Below, piece by piece: positions 47,970 to 57,402 of a stretch of DNA of 64,000 nucleotides. A program made the position numbers and the translations under genes. The notes under the pieces were generated by a model. That model saw only the letters and a list, made by a program, of their open reading frames with translations, did no database searches and was not told where the DNA came from. Position 1 is the first letter of the stretch, and each line of letters opens with the position of its first letter. Source of the DNA: Cyanobacteria bacterium auto_48_18. GTDB lineage: Bacteria; Cyanobacteriota; Vampirovibrionia; Obscuribacterales; Obscuribacteraceae. The stretch is from assembly GCA_036170915.1 (NCBI GenBank), contig JAVHQC010000008.1:1-64000 (forward strand), in the 5' to 3' direction.

Positions 47970-50432
47970 ATGAATATCAATCACGCGCTTAAATATTTTG
48001 ATGCTCAGACCCTGCAAGAGGGCCAAGAACGTCATTCCCAGGGTCGCGTAATCAGTTGCTCTTATGACGATGCAGGCAATTCGTTAACTGGAAAAGTACA
48101 CGGCAGTCAAGCTAAGCCTTATGCAGTGAGCGTTTTTCTCGTTCAACCAGGATTTGATGTTAGTTGGTCGCTCTGCACATGTGAGCGCAGGAAAGCTTGC
48201 AAGCACGCTGCTGCGCTGGTTTATGCATTTTTTGATTTCGATGATGAACGCACCTTTTCATCTATCAGCCAGAAGCGTGACAAGCAAGCAAGAATCGATT
48301 CTCCACTGCCAACTCTAGATTTGCCTGCGAAACAAAGCGTGCTTGCGTCTCTGGCGGAAAATCGATCGCCAGAGTCGTATGATTTAGAGCCTGAGTCTGA
48401 TTTGCGATCTGCAGAGGTGCCTGCCACCGTGCAGTTCAAGCGGCATACTAATTTGTTCGCCAGTTCTTTGCAAAAAAATGACAAGGAGGCGGTTAAGGCC
48501 GCGGCACCTGCTTTTCGTCCTGGCGTGATTGATGTCAGTGATGAGTCAGACCAAAGCGATCGTCAGGCCAGCTGGCAATTTGAAATTCACGAGAGCGGAG
48601 ATTTCTGGTTCGGTTTGAGCCTGGGAATTGATGTCGACGGCGAGACTATTTCTATCTTTCCAGTTTTACAAAGAGCACTGAGCAAATTAAAATCATTCAC
48701 CGCCCGTGATATCGCATCTCTCGGGCGAGATGGGAAATTTTATAGTCGTTTGCCTGACGGGCGAATATTGATTCTGCCTTTTGAGAGAGTGAGAGCCATT
48801 CTTGCTAATCTGGTAGAGCTATGTGTCAATAACGCACCAGAGAGTGATCAAATGAGAGTCTCTCTATCGCAACTAAATGCGGTGGCACAAGATCCTGCTC
48901 TGAAAGGGTTTAAAGTCAATGGTGCTGCCGACTTTCTGGCCCGCGCCGATCAAATTATGCAGCTTGCTAATTTGCCGGCGGTTCAACCGGCCAAGAATTT
49001 CCAGGCACAATTGAGACCTTATCAACTGGACGGACTGGCTTGGCTTCAGGGTTTAGCCCGCGCTGGACTGTCAGGCATACTGGCTGACGATATGGGTCTC
49101 GGTAAAACTGTGCAAGTTCTGGCTCATCTCAATTTGGAGAAAGAACAACAGCGTCTTTCTAAACCCGTGCTTGTGGTCTGTCCCACCAGTGTGCTCAATA
49201 ACTGGCTCACTGAAACTAAGCGCTTTGCACCAGATCTCACTGCTTTCGCCTATCACGGTGCTGAGCGCTCCAGTGCCAATTTAGGCAATATGCTTAAAGC
49301 CGCCGCGCTTAAGCCCGATATAGTATTGACCACATACGCCATTTTAATCCGTGACAGTAAACAACTGGCTGACGTCGAATGGCAAGCTGTCATTTTAGAC
49401 GAAGCTCAAGCCATTAAAAATGCCGGCACTAAGGGTGCGAAAGTGGCTCGCTCATTGAAATCGCAGTACAGGCTGTGTGTGTCTGGTACTCCTGTGGAAA
49501 ATCATTTAGGCGAACTCTGGTCATTGTTCGAATTTCTGATGCCCGGTATGCTCGATGACGTCAAAGTATTCAACAAACATTTCCGCACACCAATTGAGAA
49601 GCAGAAAAACGTGGCGGTGCGGCAGCTGCTGGCCAGGCGATTAAGTCCGTTTATCTTACGGCGTTTAAAGGAGCAAGTAGCCAAAGATTTACCTGACAAA
49701 ACTTTGATGCTGCAAGAACTTGAGCTCACATCTATGCAACGCGACCTTTATGAAACTGTGCGTTCCGCGGGCGAACAGCGAGTTAAAGAGGAAATTAGCA
49801 AAAAAGGCATCAACCGCTCTCAGATTGTCATTCTTGATGCAATGCTTAAGCTGAGGCAAGTTTGTTGTGACCCTCGTTTGGTCAAGCTCGAATTGCCCCA
49901 GCCGGCGACTATTCTAGATTCTGCCAAGTTGGAAGCCGTGATTGATTTGCTCGAACCTCTGGTGGAGAATGGCCGCAAAATATTACTGTTTTCGCAATTC
50001 ACCAGCATGCTCGACTTGATTGCGCCGGAATTAAAAGCAAGAGAAATTGCGTTTGTGCAACTGCGTGGTGATACTACCGATAGAGTCACTCCTGTCGCGG
50101 AATTTCAAGACGGTTCGGCGTCGGTCTTTCTCATAAGTCTCAAGGCCGGTGGCACGGGTCTCAATCTCACCGCCGCTGATACGGTCATTCATTACGATCC
50201 CTGGTGGAATCCGGCAGTGGAAGACCAGGCGACAGATAGGGCCCATCGTATCGGTCAAACAAAGAAAGTCTTCATTTATAAATTTGTTGCTCGGGGCACC
50301 ATTGAGGAGCGCATGTTGGAATTGCAGACACGTAAGCGCGCGCTTTGTGAGGCAATTTTCGATGCTGAGTCGGCGGCTTCAATCAGCTTTAGCGAAAGTG
50401 ACTTGCAATTTTTGTTCGAGCCGCTAACTTGA
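47970..50432 (+). CDS. SWIM zinc finger plus SNF2-family helicase
   Basis: CTC...CKH; LADDMGLGKT; DEAQ; SGTPVENHL; SLKAGGTGLNL; QATDRAHRIGQ. Confidence 0.95.
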   Translation: MNINHALKYFDAQTLQEGQERHSQGRVISCSYDDAGNSLTGKVHGSQAKPYAVSVFLVQPGFDVSWSLCTCERRKACKHAAALVYAFFDFDDERTFSSISQKRDKQARIDSPLPTLDLPAKQSVLASLAENRSPESYDLEPESDLRSAEVPATVQFKRHTNLFASSLQKNDKEAVKAAAPAFRPGVIDVSDESDQSDRQASWQFEIHESGDFWFGLSLGIDVDGETISIFPVLQRALSKLKSFTARDIASLGRDGKFYSRLPDGRILILPFERVRAILANLVELCVNNAPESDQMRVSLSQLNAVAQDPALKGFKVNGAADFLARADQIMQLANLPAVQPAKNFQAQLRPYQLDGLAWLQGLARAGLSGILADDMGLGKTVQVLAHLNLEKEQQRLSKPVLVVCPTSVLNNWLTETKRFAPDLTAFAYHGAERSSANLGNMLKAAALKPDIVLTTYAILIRDSKQLADVEWQAVILDEAQAIKNAGTKGAKVARSLKSQYRLCVSGTPVENHLGELWSLFEFLMPGMLDDVKVFNKHFRTPIEKQKNVAVRQLLARRLSPFILRRLKEQVAKDLPDKTLMLQELELTSMQRDLYETVRSAGEQRVKEEISKKGINRSQIVILDAMLKLRQVCCDPRLVKLELPQPATILDSAKLEAVIDLLEPLVENGRKILLFSQFTSMLDLIAPELKAREIAFVQLRGDTTDRVTPVAEFQDGSASVFLISLKAGGTGLNLTAADTVIHYDPWWNPAVEDQATDRAHRIGQTKKVFIYKFVARGTIEERMLELQTRKRALCEAIFDAESAASISFSESDLQFLFEPLT

Positions 50433-50447
50433 TCACGGCATGAGTCA

Positions 50448-51407
50448 TTGATGAGTGATTATTTGTTTGAAATAGACTTCGATGAGCTCGAACTTCTTGA
50501 CCCGGTTCGGCATAAAAGCCTGGCAGTGAGGGTGACCTATCCACTTAAGTCTTCGGAATCAGTGGCACTAGCGTCATGGCCCGTAATTGTTTTTTCTCAC
50601 GGTTTATTGGGCAGCAAAGACGGCTATCAACCGCTGGCACATTATTGGGCCCAGCACGGCTATGTTGTAATTCAACCCACCCACTATGACTCCGCGGCCC
50701 ACCGTAAGCCAACTCTAACTGAATTGCGCGATTTGACTCCGTTATTTGTCGGCTGGGAGAGCCGTCCGCAAGATGTTCTGTTTATCCTTGACCAAGTTGA
50801 TGCGATTGCGCAGCAGTTGAAAAATTTCAAGGGAGCTCTTGACCACGATCGAATTGGCCTGGGCGGGCATTCATTCGGTTCGCACACAGCGATGTTGATA
50901 GGTGGTGCACAGTTGGCCAGCGGCAATTTTGCCAACTGCAGTGATCGCAATCAAAATGCTATGCGCACGCCGTTCATGGACGCCAGGCCTAAAGCATTCT
51001 TGCTACTTTCACCACAGGGCAGCGGTCGCGCACTGACTGAAAGTGCTGATTTTGATCAGTCAGCCTGGGACAATTTTGAACGGCCGATGATGATTATCAC
51101 CGGCACGGAAGACAATGGTCGCAGGCGTCAAGATTATCACTGGCGTTCTGAGCCCTTCAAGCTAGGCGCCGCAGGTGATAAATATTTGCTCGTTATTGCT
51201 GGAGGCTACCATGGCTTTGGTGGTATCACCGGCACCAGATTTTTTGGCTCGGGCCCGGTCAACGACGATCATGTGCGCTGGGTGCAAATTTCGACTACGG
51301 CTTTTTTCGATTGCTATGTCAAGGGTGATAGGAAGGCAGCCGCAGTCTTAGCTCCAGAGGCGATTGTCAAGCTGACCTCCGGCGGTATGACTAGCGAGAA
51401 GCGCTGA
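50448..51407 (+). CDS. Alpha/beta hydrolase (dienelactone hydrolase/PAF-AH-like)
   Basis: PVIVFSHG, RPQDV, GHSFG, TGTED, H. Confidence 0.85.
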   Translation: MMSDYLFEIDFDELELLDPVRHKSLAVRVTYPLKSSESVALASWPVIVFSHGLLGSKDGYQPLAHYWAQHGYVVIQPTHYDSAAHRKPTLTELRDLTPLFVGWESRPQDVLFILDQVDAIAQQLKNFKGALDHDRIGLGGHSFGSHTAMLIGGAQLASGNFANCSDRNQNAMRTPFMDARPKAFLLLSPQGSGRALTESADFDQSAWDNFERPMMIITGTEDNGRRRQDYHWRSEPFKLGAAGDKYLLVIAGGYHGFGGITGTRFFGSGPVNDDHVRWVQISTTAFFDCYVKGDRKAAAVLAPEAIVKLTSGGMTSEKR

Positions 51408-51435
51408 CTATTGCACCGTTTCAGGCCCCAAGTAT

Positions 51436-51481
51436 TTGTATTTGATCCAGCAACCGTTAACGGTTGCTGGATCAAATACAA
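51436..51481. repeat. Iterated palindrome copy (46-bp perfect palindrome), with a partial copy at about 51484-51500
   Basis: TTGTATTTGATCCAGCAACCGTTAACGGTTGCTGGATCAAATACAA. Confidence 0.97.
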
Positions 51482-51580
51482 GAGTCAGTTAACGGTTGCC
51501 CGCTGCACAATTCGCAGAAGGCGCTAAAATTAGGTGTTCGAGATTATGGCCAGCTATTGCCAGCCGTTTTAGGAGTCATC

Positions 51581-53761
51581 ATGCGCTTAATGCCTGGCGA
51601 GCCATATCCACTGGGAGCCACGTGGGATGGTTTAGGAGTCAACTTCGCAATCTTCGCGGAGAATGCCACGAAAGTTGAACTCTGTCTCTTTGACTCTATC
51701 GAATCGACAACAGAATCACAGCGAATTCCCTTGCCTGAATACAATAACAATGTCTGGCACGTTTACTTGCCTGCAATTTTACCTGGTCAGTTGTACGGGT
51801 ATCGCGTACACGGACCGTACGATCCTGAAAAAGGCATGCGCTTTAATGCCAACAAATTGCTCCTTGATCCATACGCTAAGTCAGTCGTGCGTTCTGTCAA
51901 ATGGGACGATAGTTTGTTTGGTTATAAAACGGGCGATCCAAGCAAAGACTTGAGTTTCGATACCCGTGATTCAGCACCATATGCTCCGCTTTGTGCCGTA
52001 GTGGATCCTGCCTTTTCCTGGGGTTCAGATCATCCACCGAAAACTCCCTGGCATAAAACTATTATTTATGAGGCTCATGTCAAAGGTCTGACTTTCCAGA
52101 ATTTAAATATTCCCGATCATTTGCGAGGGACTTATGCAGCGCTGGCTACGGAGCCTGTGATCAAGCATTTGAAGGGTCTCGGAGTAACCGCCATTGAGCT
52201 TATGCCGGTTCATGTGAAAATCAATGATCGTTTTCTTGTCGATAAGGGCCTTACCAATTATTGGGGCTACAACACGCTCGGCTATTTCGCTCCTGAGTGG
52301 CGATTAGCAAATCAGCAAGGCACTACAGATCACGTACGCGAATTCAAAATGATGGTGCGTGCCCTTCACGCAGCCGGTTTGGAAGTAATTCTCGATGTGG
52401 TTTACAACCACACTGGTGAAGGCAGTCATATGGGTCCAACCATCTGCTTCCGTGGCATTGATAACAGTGCTTATTACCGCACTAATGTCGAGGATAGAAG
52501 GTTTTACATAGACTACACCGGCTGCGGTAACACTTTGAATGTTACTCATCCGCGTGTCATTCAGCTCATCATGGACAGCTTGCGCTATTGGATTGAGGAC
52601 ATGCACGTCGACGGTTTTCGTTTTGATTTGGCAAGCGCTCTGGCGCGTGAACTATATGCGGTCGACAAGCTTTCGTCGTTTTTTGACGTTATTGCTCAAG
52701 ATCCAAAAATTTCGCAAGTGAAGTTGATAGCAGAGCCGTGGGACCTGGGTGAGGGCGGCTATCAGGTAGGTAATTTTCCTGTTTTGTGGACCGAGTGGAA
52801 CGGTAAATTTAGAGATACAGTGAGGCGCTTCTGGAAAGGCGATCTGGGCGTGGCTGGAGAAATGGCCACGCGATTGTCTGGCAGTAGCGATCTGTATGAG
52901 CACAGCGGACGTGCTCCGCATGCCAGCATCAATTTCGTCACTTGTCACGATGGCTTTACCTTGAACGACCTCGTCACCTATAACGAGAAGCATAATAAAG
53001 ACAATCTCGAAGGCAATAATGATGGCGAGAATCACAACAGTAGCTGGAACTGCGGAGTAGAAGGTTATTCCACAGATTCGAAGATCAAAGAGCTTCGCGC
53101 GCGTCAAAAACGCAATTTGATGGCAACACTACTGCTGTCGCTTGGAGTGCCGATGATTAGCGGTGGAGATGAACTGAGCCGCACTCAAAAGGGCAATAAC
53201 AATGCTTACTGCCAGGACAGCGATATCAGCTGGTATAACTGGCAACTAACTGAAGAGGACAATAAATTCTGTAATTTTGTTCGCAAGGTAACACACATTC
53301 GTAAAACCCAACCGGTTCTTCTGCGTCGTAAATTTTTAAGTGGCCGGCTGGAGAGCCTAGAAGGAAATCGTGATGTGGCCTGGTTTAATGCCAAAGCCCA
53401 TGAGCTTACTGCTAAAGAGTGGATGAATTCGAATCTGCAAAGTTTCGGTATGGTAATCGATGGATTTGGAATTACTGAGATCGATGAAATGGGTGAGCCA
53501 ATCGTCGGCAACACCTTGTTTATGCTGCTCAATGCGTCTGCAGACGACATTGTTTATGTGATGCCGGCCCATTATGACTTGTTTTGTACTCCAGCTAAAA
53601 CAGCTCAAACGAAAGAATGCAAGGAAGGTCGTTGGAGCTTACTTCTCGATACATTTGACGAATCACGCGATCTTGACCGTTTTGATTTTGGCTCAAAGTT
53701 TTCTCTCAAATCTCGCAGTCTGGTGCTTTTTGAATTGCTTGAAAGTGAGATAGAGAGCTAA
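51581..53761 (+). CDS. glgX: Glycogen debranching enzyme
   Basis: AGGAG RBS; PYPLGATWDG.GVNFA; NYWGYNT; DVVYNH; DGFRFDLA; AEPWD; CHDGFTL. Confidence 0.97.
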   Translation: MRLMPGEPYPLGATWDGLGVNFAIFAENATKVELCLFDSIESTTESQRIPLPEYNNNVWHVYLPAILPGQLYGYRVHGPYDPEKGMRFNANKLLLDPYAKSVVRSVKWDDSLFGYKTGDPSKDLSFDTRDSAPYAPLCAVVDPAFSWGSDHPPKTPWHKTIIYEAHVKGLTFQNLNIPDHLRGTYAALATEPVIKHLKGLGVTAIELMPVHVKINDRFLVDKGLTNYWGYNTLGYFAPEWRLANQQGTTDHVREFKMMVRALHAAGLEVILDVVYNHTGEGSHMGPTICFRGIDNSAYYRTNVEDRRFYIDYTGCGNTLNVTHPRVIQLIMDSLRYWIEDMHVDGFRFDLASALARELYAVDKLSSFFDVIAQDPKISQVKLIAEPWDLGEGGYQVGNFPVLWTEWNGKFRDTVRRFWKGDLGVAGEMATRLSGSSDLYEHSGRAPHASINFVTCHDGFTLNDLVTYNEKHNKDNLEGNNDGENHNSSWNCGVEGYSTDSKIKELRARQKRNLMATLLLSLGVPMISGGDELSRTQKGNNNAYCQDSDISWYNWQLTEEDNKFCNFVRKVTHIRKTQPVLLRRKFLSGRLESLEGNRDVAWFNAKAHELTAKEWMNSNLQSFGMVIDGFGITEIDEMGEPIVGNTLFMLLNASADDIVYVMPAHYDLFCTPAKTAQTKECKEGRWSLLLDTFDESRDLDRFDFGSKFSLKSRSLVLFELLESEIES

Positions 53762-53764
53762 GTA

Positions 53765-54649
53765 TTAAGGCACTCTGTATTTGGTCCGAATGTTATTAAT
53801 TTGTTCGGCAAGTTCAGGCTTTAGAGCTTGAGCTTGTTTTAAGTCATCGCTGGCTTGTGAATTTTTGCCGAGCAATAATAGACACTCAGCCCGTTCTAAT
53901 TTAAGTCTTGCGTCGTTAACACACAGACGATTTAGATGATTAAGGTCGCTGAGCGCTGCTTGATGCTTGCCAAGTTTAACTAAGTTTCTGGACCGGCAGT
54001 GTAAGGCGTTTTGTTCATCTTTTTCTAGAGAAAGAATTTGTGTGTAAAGTTGCACTGCTTCACTGTATTTACTCTGCTTCTCCATACTGTTAGCTAAATA
54101 AATCATGTGAATGATTCTAGTTTTAAGCGGCGGTGCTTGATCTGATTTTTTCATTACTTTTCGCAGATCTAGCGCCACTACTTTGGCAAAGTCGTTTTCA
54201 GCCAAGGCGAGCTGATTGTCGCTTTGATAGATTTGAGCTCGGAGGAAATAGGATCCGGGCTGAGGGTCAGCCTTAATCACTTCAGTCAGATCTGCAATAG
54301 CGCTGGAGTATTGTTTTTTTGCATAGTTGCATTCAGCGCGAATCTTAAGAGCCGCAAAGTTATGCGGATTTTTTGCAATTATGGGATTAATTGCTTCCAA
54401 CGCGCCGTCATAGTCGCCTTCTATAGCTTTCTGATAAGCGCTGTCAATATTTTGGGTTGGCGCTGAACTTTCGGAGACTGCAGCACAATCGTCGCCCACT
54501 TTTTCCAAGGTGGCGCTCTTTATTGATGGATTTCCATTCTGTTGTATTTCAGAAGTGCCGCAGGCTGATAAGTTTAAAGCAAGCACCACGATCGCAATAG
54601 ATATTTCCTTAAGGCCACTAGATTGAGAGCACTCTCTTTTGAACGGCAC
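53765..54649 (-). CDS. TPR lipoprotein
   Basis: Lipobox LSAC; several TPR motifs. Confidence 0.75.
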   Translation of the reverse strand: MPFKRECSQSSGLKEISIAIVVLALNLSACGTSEIQQNGNPSIKSATLEKVGDDCAAVSESSAPTQNIDSAYQKAIEGDYDGALEAINPIIAKNPHNFAALKIRAECNYAKKQYSSAIADLTEVIKADPQPGSYFLRAQIYQSDNQLALAENDFAKVVALDLRKVMKKSDQAPPLKTRIIHMIYLANSMEKQSKYSEAVQLYTQILSLEKDEQNALHCRSRNLVKLGKHQAALSDLNHLNRLCVNDARLKLERAECLLLLGKNSQASDDLKQAQALKPELAEQINNIRTKYRVP

Positions 54650-54737
54650 GATTTGATAGCACTCCGTAAACAGGCTTTCAGTATATATGGTTAGTCAAAA
54701 TGTGGCGGCTGCAGTGTGGCGCTTAGTTATGATCACG

Positions 54738-54751
54738 AACCGTTAACGGTT
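54738..54751. repeat. Iterated palindrome core copy
   Basis: AACCGTTAACGGTT, intergenic. Confidence 0.9.
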
Positions 54752-54879
54752 GATAGCTCTTTTTCGAAATCCATATATGTGATCAGGATGGCTAAATTTG
54801 TGCGCGCCACTTTTTATCAAAACCATTGAACTTTTCCTTGAGTTTTTACGTTTACATCAATAAGCGGAGGAAACGAAAA

Positions 54880-56004
54880 ATGGTTGAAGAAAATAAAAAC
54901 AACAAGCAACGTGCGCAAGAAAAACTCAAATTAACTGAGTTGTATGGCCAGTTTAAAGAGCAGTATCCCACCATTGAACACATCTGGTATGCCCTGTTGC
55001 AGCATGCCATAGAGGCACTGCTAATCTTTTGCAGGGAATGTGGAGCGTCCGATCTTTTGAGAAGTAAAGGTAGTAGAAGAGGCAAATGTCTTCGTTGCGG
55101 ACTGTGGCAGTCCTTAACCGCTGGTGGGTTTCTCAGCAACGTTAGACGGCCTGGCGCCTGGCTTTTTGCACTCAACTTATTGGCGAGCAAACAATTTTTC
55201 AGTAGCGAATTATTTCATGACGTTGTTGGTGTGTCGCAATCAACTGCTTCACATATTTTCAAAACTATTGGTTATGCAGTTGGTCAAAAGTTAGACGAGG
55301 ACACCACCTTAGTGAAGTCATCAGCTTTTAAAGAAGTATTTTTTCATCGCAGTCGTGAAACACCAAAAGGAAAACATCCTGCGGAAGAAGAGCTTTTCTT
55401 CGGATTGGATGATGCTGAGTGCCAGGTCGGTGGCACACCAACTGCAAGTGTCGATGATCAGACAATGTGTGATAGCGCATTGTCGAATGTGGATAGTGCG
55501 GAAGCAGCAGTGGCAGCCTTAAAACATCTATTTGCGACGCTGAGTGGGGATCAACAAAAGATCGCAAGTTTGTTGTCCAGAGATCCTGTGCATTTCGATG
55601 TTCTTATGCGCGATAGCGGGCTTACAGTGCCGCAGGCTGCGTCATCGTTAACCCTTTTGGAATTAGCCGGTGTTGCCAGCCGCATGCCTGGAGACCGCTA
55701 CGTGCTGGCAGAGATGGCACCACTACAGGTCGGCAGTGCGGTTGGTGAGACCGATGAGGACCAGGTAGACTTAACTAAGTCTCAAATCAAAGCCGTATCA
55801 CTGTTTTTGATGTTCATACGGCGAGTATTTTCTGGATTGAGTCGAAAATGGCTTCACCACTACCTAAGTATGTTTTCTTGCTACCTTGACGAAGATAGGT
55901 GGGATTACATTGCCATATCCACGGCCTGCTTTGAGGCGGGATACATCGGCGGCAGTCGCTTGCTCGATTATGTATCACCTCGACTGGTAAAATTGCCAAA
56001 TTAA
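54880..56004 (+). CDS. IS1595-like transposase-derived protein (Zn ribbon and HTH) with an internal DprA-type winged helix; no DDE core
   Basis: GGAGG RBS; CRECG..CLRC..SLTAG; VGVSQSTA; PVHFDVL...SLTLLELAG.ASRMPGDRY; VFSGLSRKWLHHYL. Confidence 0.7.
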   Translation: MVEENKNNKQRAQEKLKLTELYGQFKEQYPTIEHIWYALLQHAIEALLIFCRECGASDLLRSKGSRRGKCLRCGLWQSLTAGGFLSNVRRPGAWLFALNLLASKQFFSSELFHDVVGVSQSTASHIFKTIGYAVGQKLDEDTTLVKSSAFKEVFFHRSRETPKGKHPAEEELFFGLDDAECQVGGTPTASVDDQTMCDSALSNVDSAEAAVAALKHLFATLSGDQQKIASLLSRDPVHFDVLMRDSGLTVPQAASSLTLLELAGVASRMPGDRYVLAEMAPLQVGSAVGETDEDQVDLTKSQIKAVSLFLMFIRRVFSGLSRKWLHHYLSMFSCYLDEDRWDYIAISTACFEAGYIGGSRLLDYVSPRLVKLPN

Positions 56005-56013
56005 TGGTGCTGA

Positions 56014-57297
56014 TTAAGGGACGGGCTTGTCGTTTAGGATTGCATCAAGCTCGCTCGCCAGGCGTGTCTTTAAGTCGGTGCCGAAGCCGACGTGCACCGC
56101 CTTAACTACACCGTCCTTGCCGATAACTACAGATTGCGGTATGCCTTCCACCTGATAAGATTTTGCTACCGCGCCGTCTTTATCTAGAGCAACGTTTATG
56201 GCCAGGCCTTCTGACTTCAAAAATGATTCAATTTTGCCGGGCTCTTCCCGGAGGTCTATGGCAAAGAATTTGACTCCCTTGCTTTCGTACGCCTTGGTCA
56301 CCTCTGCCAGGATAGGCAGTGCCTGACGGCACGGTGGGCACCACGTAGCCCAGAAATCTAGTACCACGATATTCTTGGATTTATATGAAGCAAGATCAAG
56401 CTTGCCACCACCTATAGTGTCTAAGGCAATTGGTGGGGCTGGCTGGTTGAGAAGAGCATGAGGTTGATCGTGGCTTGCCAGGGTGGGATTGGGCGCTGAG
56501 AAGAACGTGGTAAGGACTTTTGCGTCTTTCGGCACGTTAAATTTGAAATCATCGGAGGAAACTTTACCGTCGGAGAGGTCGGTGTAACTAAAAACGAGCG
56601 AGAGGCTTGAGTCATCCACCATTTTTCCAAGCGATGGTGAAACTCGTCGTACCCACGGTTTGCTGCCGCGATCAATCCAGATGTCCCAGTCTAATTTTGA
56701 ACCAACTTGAATGTGATCCACATCGAAGCCATCAATTTTCTCAGCGCCCAAATACTTGGCGCTTGTGATATTGAAGGTGCGTTGAATGAACTGGTAGGGA
56801 TCGTCTGCCAACAACGATTCGAGTAAACTCTGGCCGCCGAAATTAAATCCGGTAGTGTATGCAAATTCGCGATCTTTGAAGCTGTCGGTGAAGTTGCTAC
56901 TGGCTTCGCCCTTCATGTAGCCGGCGCGGGGGGTATAGAGATATCTAGTTTTTCCATCCATTGCAACTTCGCTGCCGTTGCTTTTGTCGTCTCCGGTGAT
57001 AGATATTGCTAGCTTATTGGGCTTTTCCGCCACAATTTTGAAATTGGTGGTGCGACTTTCTTTCTTCTGTTTTTGCACGCTGATGGTGTACACCATCACT
57101 GTTTTGAATGTTTTTAGTCCACCATAAAAATCAGACATTTTTTTCAGTAGTTGCTCTGCCTTGGCATCGATCGAAACCGCGCTAGCATCGGTTTTAGCTG
57201 CGCCAGCAGTTTGATCTCCGGTGGCAGAAAAAACACTGGGCGGGCATATAATGCTAGAGATGGTGAGACTCAAAGCGAGAAGTGTTTTTGCATGCAT
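56014..57297 (-). CDS. Exported DUF2092/LolA-like domain plus TlpA-type redoxin
   Basis: AEQLLKKMSDF, KPNKL, DWDIWID; VLDFWATWCPPC, GIPQSVVIGKDG. Confidence 0.85.
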   Translation of the reverse strand: MHAKTLLALSLTISSIICPPSVFSATGDQTAGAAKTDASAVSIDAKAEQLLKKMSDFYGGLKTFKTVMVYTISVQKQKKESRTTNFKIVAEKPNKLAISITGDDKSNGSEVAMDGKTRYLYTPRAGYMKGEASSNFTDSFKDREFAYTTGFNFGGQSLLESLLADDPYQFIQRTFNITSAKYLGAEKIDGFDVDHIQVGSKLDWDIWIDRGSKPWVRRVSPSLGKMVDDSSLSLVFSYTDLSDGKVSSDDFKFNVPKDAKVLTTFFSAPNPTLASHDQPHALLNQPAPPIALDTIGGGKLDLASYKSKNIVVLDFWATWCPPCRQALPILAEVTKAYESKGVKFFAIDLREEPGKIESFLKSEGLAINVALDKDGAVAKSYQVEGIPQSVVIGKDGVVKAVHVGFGTDLKTRLASELDAILNDKPVP

Positions 57298-57402
57298 GGT
57301 GAAATTGAACCCGAGTAGAAGTTCGATAATTGTAGCCGACATTCAATAATCGGCCGTGGCCGACGACTTTATGGTAGATGCCTTTGCTAAACCTTTGCAA
57401 CA

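Noticed and set aside
47016..50432. Phosphoesterase plus SNF2 helicase as an anti-phage system
   Set aside because: Both are common stand-alone genes, separated by ~190 bp, with no nuclease, methylase or other defence genes nearby
51464..51580. 39-aa N-terminal extension of GlgX in the ORF track
   Set aside because: TTG start lies within the palindrome; AGGAG plus ATG at 51581 fits the family N-terminus
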